Position numbers and translations under genes: made by a program. Source: Neoconidiobolus thromboides FSU 785 (taxonomy: Eukaryota; Fungi; Entomophthoromycota). From it: a DNA stretch of 64,000 nt. The stretch spans positions 52,968 through 116,967 of the forward strand of contig MU626309.1 of NCBI GenBank assembly GCA_025603075.1. The letters run 5' to 3'. Below the pieces are notes generated by a model, which saw only the letters and a program-made list of their open reading frames with translations, was not told the origin of the DNA and did no database searches. Numbering within the stretch: the stretch's first letter is position 1; the number at the start of each line of letters is the position of its first letter. Positions 40,801 to 51,170 of this stretch are shown one piece after another.

Positions 40801-41967
40801 AGTTCATCAACAACCAATAATAATATAATTAATAATAATAATAATAATAATAATCAATTCACTCCTTCCTCTCATAGTAATAATACTTATTTACGAAATT
40901 TAAGTATGCCATCTAATACATTACATGATCAAAGTAGTAATTTAATAAATAATCTTAGTTTAGAAGAAAATACAACAATTACTAATAATAGTTATCAAAT
41001 GGATCCAATATTAAATCGATGTCGATTAGAAATGGATCAAAATCAAAATCCATTTTATATGTCAATTGAAAGACAGACTTTAGAAATTCAATTACCTCAA
41101 AAAACATTAACTTCTTGGTTATTATTTCAATTAAATTATCAAGTCAATTCAATTAATAATATTAATATTAATAATAGTAATAATAATAGTAATAATAATA
41201 GAGAAATTCAAGATACAATAGATATTATTGAAGATTATAATAATTCAAATGAGTTGATATTATCTCCAAGTTCTTCCAATGCATTACCTGATAATTACTA
41301 TTATCAAGCCAGTGTACAACACAAATTGGAAAGAGAAATACAATATGAAAATCAGCAACAGCAGCAAGAGCAACAATTAAAAGAAGAAAAGATAAAACTA
41401 AGCAAATATCCTGAAATACAAGTAGCATCCAGTCCAAATAATTATGCTGAATTTGAAGATTCAATAATAAGAAATAGTATTAATACGCAATTAAGACAGC
41501 CCTCTGAAGTCGGGAGAAAAATGATTGATTTAGAAAATGAAGCCAATAAAATTTATTCTTCATTATCTATTCGGAATTTATTAAATGACATTAATGAACA
41601 AGAAAATTTTGAGACTGAAATTAATAATCAATCCAATTTCAGTGAAAATCAAGATGTTGAGGTAGAATCAGTATTAGATAATTATCTGGTCTTTAAACCA
41701 GGCAAAGTTGAAACTAAGGAGATTAATCAAATTCATACAAATCCTTTTAATTCAAAATCTAATTCTTCGCCTGAAACTACAGGTAAATTAACTCAAAGTT
41801 TACCAGATTCTGTTGGGGATACTAATTTTCCTACAAATGAAGGATTAAATGATACTCAAATGACTAATGATACTCAAATAACAAATGAATCTAACTATGT
41901 ACTTTCGCCTAAATACAAATATAATTCAGCATTGCTAGATTCGAATACATCATCGTTGATACCATAA
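37864..41967 (+). CDS. Chitin synthase-like (division 2, class IV/V-type) protein with degenerate catalytic motifs
   Basis: N-terminal TMs (FRLKEKVL at the WREK position), IDG, YAGYYEY, VPLI..YK.G and RGNRDNLILILSFLNKIHFNLPLN match Chitin_synth_2 blocks. The DADT, EDR and QRRRW motifs are absent at their aligned positions. Confidence 0.75.
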
Positions 41968-42178
41968 TAAGGTGAAATGAGAGTGGGTTAATAAAAGATG
42001 CTATTTTTTTGATGATGTCATTTATTTTATTATATTATATTTGTTATTTTAATAAAAACATTGAAATTAAATTCTAAATTTAGTAAATAAATATTAAAAA
42101 CATCAAAATCTACATCATTTTAAAAATCTTAATTCGTTTCTTTTTTACTCATCTAATTTTTAAATTTTCAAATAAAAA

Positions 42179-44804
42179 ATGTCTAAAATCAATAATGACA
42201 AGCAACAAATTAATTCAACATGTTATCAATTAATACCAAATCAAAAATATTTAGTAATTGAACATCCAGGAAATATAGAAAATAAAGATAAAGGGTTGGC
42301 TACTTTAGGTGGACTAAAAAAAATTGAAAAGGTAAGTAAAGTTATATAAAAAAATAACATTAATAATATTAAATAATAATTCAAAACAAAATAAAAACAT
42401 ATATTTAAAACTAATACAAAATTAATTATTTCATACAATAATTGTAATAATTTTATTAATTTTATTTTTTTTAAATATAGAACTTTTTCCAAAAAAAAGC
42501 ATTTGAATTAAAATTACGTCCAGATGATTTCTATTCAAGTCCAATAATTGGTAGGTTGATGACAAGTAAGTCTCAATTAATAAAAGTAAAAGCAAAGTAT
42601 AAAAGGAAAAAGAAAAAGAATGGAGATGATAAGAATGGAGATGATAAGAATGGAGATGAAGATGAAGATGAAGATGAAGATGAAGATGAAGGAGAATTAT
42701 TATCTATGGAATCTGAAATCCTTGGCTCCATTGAGAATGTGGTTCGATTTAGAGGTAACTATATTTACATATTTGAATTAGAATTATCATATAAAATTTA
42801 AAAATAAATAAGTTAATAATGTTTTCTCAATTAGGTTTAGCGGATTATCAATCCATATTTAATGATCCTATTTCTAACAAATTAGCAGATTTTTTAAAGA
42901 ATGTGAGGAATATGGAAAGTAAGTTAATAAGTTTTATATTATCTTTAACTTTAGTAACTAAATTTAATTTCTTAGTTGAATCCATGTACAAAACACCCCA
43001 AGACATTAGTCAACTTGAACAAACACTTGGACCACGATTACTTCGTCCAACCATGTATGGCATGGTTGATCAACCCTTCAATTATAATTATGAACAAGAC
43101 AAAAATATATTAAGAGTTAAGATTCGAACAGCTGATGGTAAAGTGAAGATTAAACTAATAAATAAAACAAAAAGAGCCAAATTTTTTGCTGTTTCAGTCA
43201 AATGGGATAAAGAAAAAGAAGAATTTATAGTCCCTAATGAAATGCCAGAGAGAGTGAGAAAAAACCTGGATCGAATTGATAAGGAATTATTAAAAAAAGC
43301 AGAAGAGGTAAGTAATTAGAAAAAATTAAAGAGTGAGTTGTACAAGTGTTAAATGGTTTAATTTTTTTACGTTTATTTAGTTATTTAATGAAAGACCAAT
43401 TTGGAATCGATTGGCTTTTTGTAATCAATTTGAAAAACTTTCAGGGCTAAGATTTAAAATGTATGTGTTATATATTTATATATATTTATATATATCAAAA
43501 TAATTTAATATTTTATTTATTTATTTTATTTCTATTATAGGGTATTACCTGCTTTAGCATATTTTGTGGCATCTGGACCCTATAGAGAATGTTGGATTAA
43601 ATACGGATATAATCCAACATTGGATAAACAAGCACGATTGTAAGTTTTTAATCAAATTTTATAATAATAATTGTTTATTAAAGAAAGATTTTTGTATTTT
43701 ATTTAGTTATCAATCTTTAGATTTAAGAAATCCAGATAAAGTTATGAGAATTCATTCCAAAGATAAAAATGAAGAAAATGAGTTTAATAATGAAGCAATG
43801 AAAATGTAAATAAGAAAAACAAATTATTCTTACTATTATTCTTATTCTTATTTGATTTTTATAAATTGGATAATAATAATATTAATTTATTTTAATTTAT
43901 AGGAAAGACAATCATATATTAAATATTGATAATTTAAAGTACAATTCCATGACAATAAAAACTCGATTATTTAATTTATATGATGTTCAATCTAAAGAAA
44001 TTGAACGATTAATAAATAATCCAGAAAACATATTAGATGAATTTAATGTAAGTAAGAAATTATTATTAATCTTTAGTAGATAACTACAATATATATAAGA
44101 AGATTTTAATAAACAACCCATTGATTTAATTTACTTATACTAATTTTTAATTTCAACAATTAGATAAACACCGGCTGGTTTGAACCTACTATTCTACAAC
44201 AAATCAATGATATTATATGTAAAGTATTTTTCCCACATCCAATGAATTCGGAAGAGATACCTATTTGGGAATATACACAGAAAAAAAGAAAGGGCAAAGT
44301 ATTAAAATTACCAAAATTGCAATTTCAATTAGAAGAAAGTATGTTTCCAAAGTTACAAGAAGAAAATAGTCTATTAGAAATAGAAAAAGGGTTGAGTGAG
44401 TTACAAAAATCCGAGTTGAAGGAGATGGGAGAGATAGAAGAGATGCAGCACACATTCACATTAGATGGATTAAATAGTCAAATAGGCAAAGTAAGTATAA
44501 TACAATTGATAATATATATAATTGACAATTGATTTAATAATTCTATATTGTACCAGAAATTAGATCAACCAATGGAAATGAATATGGAAGAGCTAAGTGA
44601 AAATGAAAATGAAAATGAAAATGAAAATGAAAATGCTGGTAAGTTAAATTATTTTTAATTTTGTTAATTTATAATAATAATAATCTTTATAATTTTTTAA
44701 TTGTAATAGATGATGAAGGGTTTGATATGGATTTAGAAGAGTTAGATTTTATGGATGTGTTCGGGGAAAATTCTGATAAAAGTTCAGAAGATGAAATAGA
44801 ATAA
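42179..44804 (+). CDS. TFC1: TFIIIC subunit Tfc1 / tau95 (GTF3C5), multi-exon
   Basis: VIEHPGNIENKDKGLATLGG, ELKLRPDD, VRFRGLADYQ, LFNERPIW, LAYFVASGPYRECWIKYGYNP and YQSLDLR; acidic C-terminus. Confidence 0.88.
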
Positions 44805-45067
44805 AAGGAAGAGTTTTAAAATTAAGAAAATAAAATTCATTTCAATATATAATGTTATTATTAATGTAGCTGTTCTTTTATTATAGTAATTTATCTGATA
44901 ATTGGAGATTATTAAAAGTAATTTTAAAATAATTAGTTTAATATCTTTATTTCTTAGTATTCAATGATAAGTAAAATTTAAATAGAAAATAAATAGTTGA
45001 ATTTATTAAATAAAATCGACCAATTGTAATAAAAGAAATAGAAATCAATATTTTGATAAAAGTATAT

Positions 45068-45163
45068 AAGGATGTTTTTTTACTTTATCACCTTTTTCAT
45101 CTTTTAAGCGCTATTTGAGCGGAAGGATCGTTGTAAAATTCTTAAATAAAAATGTACATCCCC
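45068..45163 (+). mobile_element. MITE copy
   Basis: Family core ending ACATCCCC-AT. Confidence 0.8.
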
Positions 45164-45301
45164 ATATGTTTATAATTTTAAATTGAATTTTGTTATACAA
45201 TAAAAGGAAGATTAATCTATCTTAAACTTAATTAAGATTTTGCTTGTAACTAAGTTCAAACGTACAATTAAATATTATGTCTATTCATCTTACTAATATA
45301 T

Positions 45302-45498
45302 GAGAATATATTTTTTTGCTTAAGAATTTTACTAATATATTTTCTGCTTAGTAGTACTTAAAAATGGAAAAAGTAATGAAACCAAAAAGTATCGCTATAT
45401 GGGGATGTATTTTTGTGTTTAAGAGTTTTACTAATAATTTTTCCACTCCAATAGCGCTTAAAGGATGGAAAAAGTAATGAAGCCAAAAAAATATCCCC
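45302..45498 (-). mobile_element. Two abutting MITE copies (45302-45396, 45401-45498) separated by ATAT
   Basis: Reverse family core twice; junction ...ATCGCT-ATAT-GGGGATG. Confidence 0.85.
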
Positions 45499-45625
45499 AT
45501 GTATTGTCCCTCTAACTATATAAGCATACTAAACATTTAAATCCATTTTAAACTACTTTTATTTATGATACATGTTGTCAAATTAATGTATTCATATCTG
45601 AGGAATACAAAAAAGTCTCTAGATA

Positions 45626-45724
45626 AGGGCATATTTTTTTGGCTTCATTACTTTTTCCATTTAAATACTACTAAGCAGAAAATATGTTAGTAAATTAAAT
45701 TCCTTAAATAAGAAGAGGTATCTC
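45626..45724 (+). mobile_element. MITE copy (sibling of 45302-45396)
   Basis: Shares the variant TACTACTAAGCAGAAAATAT. Confidence 0.72.
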
Positions 45725-46046
45725 TATATTGATAATTCTTTAGGTTGGATGTAGTAACAAAACCTAATTTAATTTAACGAAGTACTCCTGCTATTATGAT
45801 TTAAGAATTTAATCTATTTTATTCAAAATATAAATAAAATCAATTCAATAATTTATAACATCAGATGATCTTATCTTTTTAGATTAGATAAATACAATAT
45901 TACTCACTGTCTTATGACCTTAAGTCTGACAATTTAACCCTAAATTCTTTAATTTAATAAAATTTGATTGGCCAATTAAAGAATTTAGATTCAAAAAATA
46001 GGGGAATTTTTAAATTATGCAATAAAGTGACTGTTTTAAAAAAAGT

Positions 46047-46053
46047 TGAGTCA
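46047..46053. promoter_or_regulatory. TGAGTCA, Gcn4/CpcA (AP-1-type) consensus site
   Basis: Exact consensus ~150 bp upstream of the LEU2-fusion ATG. A 7-mer can occur by chance. Confidence 0.35.
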
Positions 46054-46198
46054 TCAACTATCATGAATCATAAAGAAAAGTGAACACTAAAAATAAAAGA
46101 TAAAAAGTATATAAAGCTAAAAGAGAGTCCAAACTAATCAACTTTAATAAAAAAAAATAAGATTATAAAACAGAAAATATTAATAGTCAAAATCAAAA

Positions 46199-49100
46199 AT
46201 GAAACAAGTTAAAATAGTAGTATTGCCGGGAGATGGTATAGGGCCAGAAGTCACTTCACAAGCTGTTCGAGTATTAAAAGTAGTGGGAGATTATTTAGAA
46301 GCTCAAAATACTCATCAATTTCAATTTATTGAAAAAAAATTTGGTGGTGCTGCCATTGATGCTTATAGTAAGGATTTTTATTAAGTTTACTTTATTCCTG
46401 TTCATTATTAATCCTATTACTTAGATGATCCCTTCCCAAAAGACACAAAAGAAGCCATTTTAAACTGTGATGCTATTTTATTGGGGGCCGTAGGTGGTCC
46501 TCAATGGCCAAAATTAATTGATGTTAATGATCAATCTAAAGGATATGGACCTCGACCTGAACAAGGATTATTAGATTTACGTAAATTATTAGATTTATAT
46601 GCTAACATAAGGCCTGTATTTTTTCCATCTCAATCTTTAATTGATAATAGTCCATTAAAACCAGAAATTGTTCAAGGTACTGAATTTATTGTTATTAGAG
46701 AATTAGTGGGTGGTGTTTATTTCGGAGATAGAAAAGAAGGAGATGAGGATGGTAAAGGTAAAAATTGACTAATTTTAATGTACGTTTTTAATATTAATAT
46801 TTTTTTAGCTTTAGACACAATGCCTTATAGTAAAGAAGAAATCTATAGGATAGCTAAGTTAGCTGGAGATATGGCTATGAAATCAGAGCCACCATTAAAA
46901 ATTCATTCTATAGATAAAGCTAATGTATTAGCTACTAGTCGACTTTGGCGTAAAGTAGTAACTGAAACAATAGAAAAAGAATATCCAAAAATAGTATTAG
47001 ATCATCATTTAGTAGATTCTGCAGCCATGTTAATGATTCAAAAACCCACTGCATTAAATGGAATTGTATTAACTGAAAATATGTTTGGTGATATTTTATC
47101 GGATGAAGCTTCGGTTATTCCAGGTTCTTTAGGTTTGATGCCATCTGCTTCACTTAATGGCTTACCAAATGAAAATTCTTCAGCTATTGGTTTATATGAA
47201 CCAATTCATGGTTCAGCTCCAGATATTGCTGGTAAAAATATAGCTAATCCAATTGGTACTATTTTATCTGCTGCTATGTTATTAAAATATTCTTTATCTT
47301 TAACGAAAGAAGCAGATCATATTGAAAGAGCTGTACGTAAAGTATTAGATTTAAAAACTCAAGGTGGTATTGGTTTAAGAACTAAAGATTTAAAAGGAGA
47401 AGCAACAACCAATCAAATTGGTGATAAAATAGTTGAATATTTAAACAATTCATTAATTAGTGGTAGAATATCTCCAATACCAAGATCCTTAAAAAATAGA
47501 TTATTAACAAGACCAAATGGAAGAAGAGGCATGAATTTATGTGAAAAGATATTATGCAATGCAGCTATTGGACTAGAAGCACCAGGTAATATTAGACCAG
47601 GGGATATGATATGTGTCAATGTCGATTGGACTTTAGCTAGTGAATTAACATGGAAAGGTATGAATAAAACATATGAAGAAATGGGAAGACCATCAATTCA
47701 TAGAAATGATCGATTTTGGTTAGCTATTGATCATACAGTTGATCCAAGAATTAATCACTTACCTAAACCAAAAGAATTAATTCAATCTTCAGAATCATTT
47801 GCTAAAGAAGCTGGTTTGATTGATTTCCATGGTCCAAATCAAACGATTCTTCATACTGAATTTTACAGACAACGTGCTCAACCTGGTATGGTAATTTGTG
47901 GTGCTGATTCACACTCTTGTTCTGCTGGTGGACTTGGAGCATTTGCTGTTGGCTTAGGAGCAGCCGATGTAGTCATGCCATTAGTAACCGGAGAAACTTG
48001 GTTTAAAGTACCCGAAGTAGTTGAAATTAAATTTGTTAACCAACCACCCTTTGGTATTGGTGGTAAAGATGCCATTTTATATGTATTAGGAGAATTAAAA
48101 CGTAATACGGTGGCATTTGAAAGAGCAGTGGAATTTACTGGTCCTGGTTTGAAATATTTAAGTTGTGATGCTCGATTTGCTATTGCTAATATGACCACCG
48201 AATTTGGTGGTATTGCTGGTGTATTTGAAGCTGATGAAATTACAGCGGCTTATATAGCTAAACGTAAATTACCACAACATAAAAATTCAGCCATTTATTT
48301 CCGTAAAGATGAAGATGCCGAATATGCTGCTTCCTACGAAATCGATCTTTCCAAAGTGGATTCTTTAGTAGCTTTATATCCATCACCAGATAATGTAGTA
48401 TCCGTTGAAAAAGCATCTGACACTAAATTAGATGGTGTATTTATTGGTGCTTGTACAACGGCAGAAGAAGATCTTATTTTGGCTGCTTTGGTACTTGAAG
48501 AAGGATTAAAGAAAGGGATGGTACCAGTTGTCGGTGCTAAACGAAGAGTTACACCAGGCTCGGTACAGATTGTAGCTAAATTACGCAAACTAAATTTATT
48601 AGAAATTTATGAAAAATGTGGCTTTGAAATTGGTGCACCCGGATGTTCTTATTGTATTGCTGTTGCAGCTGATAAAGCAGATGAAGGGGAAGTTTGGTTA
48701 TCATCCCAAAACCGTAACTTTAAAAATCGAATGGGTAAAGGTTCCATTGGTAATTTAGCTTCTGCAGCTACAGTAGCTGCTTCTTCTTTTGAAATGAAGA
48801 TCACCGATCCTAGACCATTTTTAGATACTATTGATCGTGAACGTTACGAACAAATGTTAGAAATTTGGTTAGCTAAAGGGGAACCTATTGTATTATCGGA
48901 ACCTAATCCAGTATATATTGGTAAACATGATCATGGGGTGGATGGTACTGGTGCAACTACTCAAAGCAGTGTCCAAGAAGATAGCAATGAGACTGAAGAG
49001 TCCTCATTCCAAGGAGTTATTAAGGGCAAAGCCCAAGTATTTGGCGATCATGTAGATACTGATGCTATTATCCCAGCACAATTTATGCCCGGTATTAATG

Positions 49101-49612
49101 ATGCTGATTTGGGTACACATGCTTTCCAATACGTTAAACCCGATTTTGTAGAAAAAGCAAACCAAGGCTTTGATATTGTAGTTGGTGGTGTTGGATTTGG
49201 TTCTGGATCTTCAAGAGAAGAAGCACCAAGAGCATTAAAAGGAGCTGGTATTAAAGCAGTGATAGCTAAATCATTTGCTTTTATTTATTCTAGAAACCAA
49301 CCTAATATGGCTTTATTGGGTATTACTTTACCCGATGAAAAGTTTTATGAATTAGTATCCGAAGGTAGTGAAATTGCTATTGATGTTACTAAACGTACTA
49401 TCTACGTTGGTGACCATCAATTTAAATTTCAATTATCAACGATGGAAGAAAATCTTATGGCCGGTGGTGGTGTGTCCGAAATGTATTCCAAGTTTGGTAG
49501 TAAATTGTTTAGGGTTGCTATGGGAGAAGAAAACCCAAAGAAACATAACAAAACTAAGAGTAAAACTAAGGAATGCCCTTCAGCAGCTGATAACGAGGTC
49601 TTAGCTTGGTAG
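46199..49612 (+). CDS. LEU2: Fusion of 3-isopropylmalate dehydrogenase with an aconitase-family [4Fe-4S] dehydratase (large and swivel domains), ~1,100 aa
   Basis: Exons 46199-46367, 46425-46757 and 46809-49612. IPMDH motifs ([45 protein letters not shown]) run without stop or intron into [46 protein letters not shown] and [10 protein letters not shown]. Confidence 0.93.
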
Positions 49613-49837
49613 TTTTGGAGAATCATAATTGTTATATAATTTAAATTTCTATTTTGTAGTTTTCATATTAGTCAAAGGAATTCACTGCTTTAAAAGCATT
49701 TGTTGAAATAATAAATTAGCTTTTTTATTTATAATATTATTTGGTATTTCATATTATTATCAGAATTAAATAATTATACAATAGTATAAAATTATAGTGT
49801 ATACATTCCAGTTGTAAAGTAGTTTGTTTAACAACAT

Positions 49838-50031
49838 AGTAATGTCTTTTTGGTTTCATTACTTTTCCATCTTTTAAGCACTATTTGAGCGGAAAAATTG
49901 TTAGTAAAATCCTTAAATATATCCCCATATATATGACTGTATTTTTTTGTTTAAGAATTTTATTAATAATTTTCTACTTAAATAGTACTTTAAAAAAATG
50001 GAAAAAGTAATGAAACTAAAAAAACACCCTC
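49838..50031. mobile_element. Two opposed MITE copies (49838-49926 +, 49935-50031 -)
   Basis: A plus copy ends ATCCCC, then an (AT)n spacer, then a reverse copy ending CACCCTC-AT. Confidence 0.8.
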
Positions 50032-50618
50032 ATATAGTAAGAGTTAGAATTAAAGCAAGGTTTAATTCCTAATTACTTAAAACGAGTTGGTCAGCTTCTG
50101 TTCACCTACTACCCACTTACTGTCTAAATTGATTCTTTATCAAAATAAATAAATCTTTGCAAAATGATCTTTATTATTTTGACTACCACTTGCTCATCTT
50201 CTACTTTTCTATATATTTGAAACATTTTTATTATTTAAAATGATAGCCTTCTTTATTTATAAAGCATTATTATACTTTCTAACATGAAAAAAAGTTATTT
50301 AATTAACATCAATATATTGGTATTTAAACTAAGTTAAATTAAATAGATTAATCCATTTTTGTTAAATTGATTTGAAAAATTAAATATTATACTTCTAAAA
50401 TTTATATTATAACAAATGTTCATACTTTAAGCAAATTTTTCAAATTCTTCATCTTTTTTTATTAAACCCATCTTATACTTGATAGCATATTGACTTAAAA
50501 ATAAATATTTGCATGCTATTAAACTATTTCTATATTGTATTAAGATATTTACTTTTGAATTTGGTGTTTAGAGCCTGTAGTTAATATTTTATTTTTGGTC
50601 TCCTAACTAATTAGGAAA

Positions 50619-50690
50619 GCCGATGTGGCCCAGTGGTAAGGCGTCGCTCTCGTAAAGCGAAGATCCCAGGTTCAAACCCTGGTATCGGCA
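50619..50690 (+). tRNA. tRNA-Thr (anticodon CGT)
   Basis: Cloverleaf with acceptor GCCGATG/TATCGGC, anticodon arm TCGCT-CTCGTAA-AGCGA and T-loop GTTCAAA, followed by a T-run. Confidence 0.95.
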
Positions 50691-51170
50691 TTTTGGGTAG
50701 TCTTTTATTGTTAGTGTAATTTAAATTTTTTTAACTAAAAAATATATCCCCACATATTGACAAATTAATTTAAAGTTAAGTTGAAGGACTATAATAAAAG
50801 TGTAAGCTTATCATGATATAAATAATTAAATATCTGGAATTCCTATTATAAAAACGCTTTTGATTAGAAGTAAACAAATAAATTGTTTTTGCATAAAGTA
50901 ATTAGCTTTCTAAAATGTAAGTTATTCGAAAAATAATTCATGGAGTAATAAAAAGTTTCATTATGTGAGACGCTACCTTCTAATACTCATGTTTTTGGTT
51001 TTCTGATGTTATTAATGATCAATTTATTTTAGTAAAATATCAAAACTTCTACATAACATCAACCATTTTAAAAATAAATATTAACTTATGAAAATCAGCA
51101 TATTTATATAAAATATTTTTCAAGATAAAATAGTGCAATATTTTTACTTTTATTGCGCTTGAAGAAAAGC

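Noticed and set aside
13003-41967. CHS4 activator and CHS-like gene as a functional cluster; TFC1 near tRNA genes
   Set aside because: They are separated by many unrelated housekeeping genes, with no evidence beyond coincidence.
42148-42170. PAC-like CTCATC and RRPE-like AAATTTTCA upstream of TFC1; RRPE-like TGAAAAATTT at 9944
   Set aside because: AT-rich short motifs are expected by chance at this base composition.
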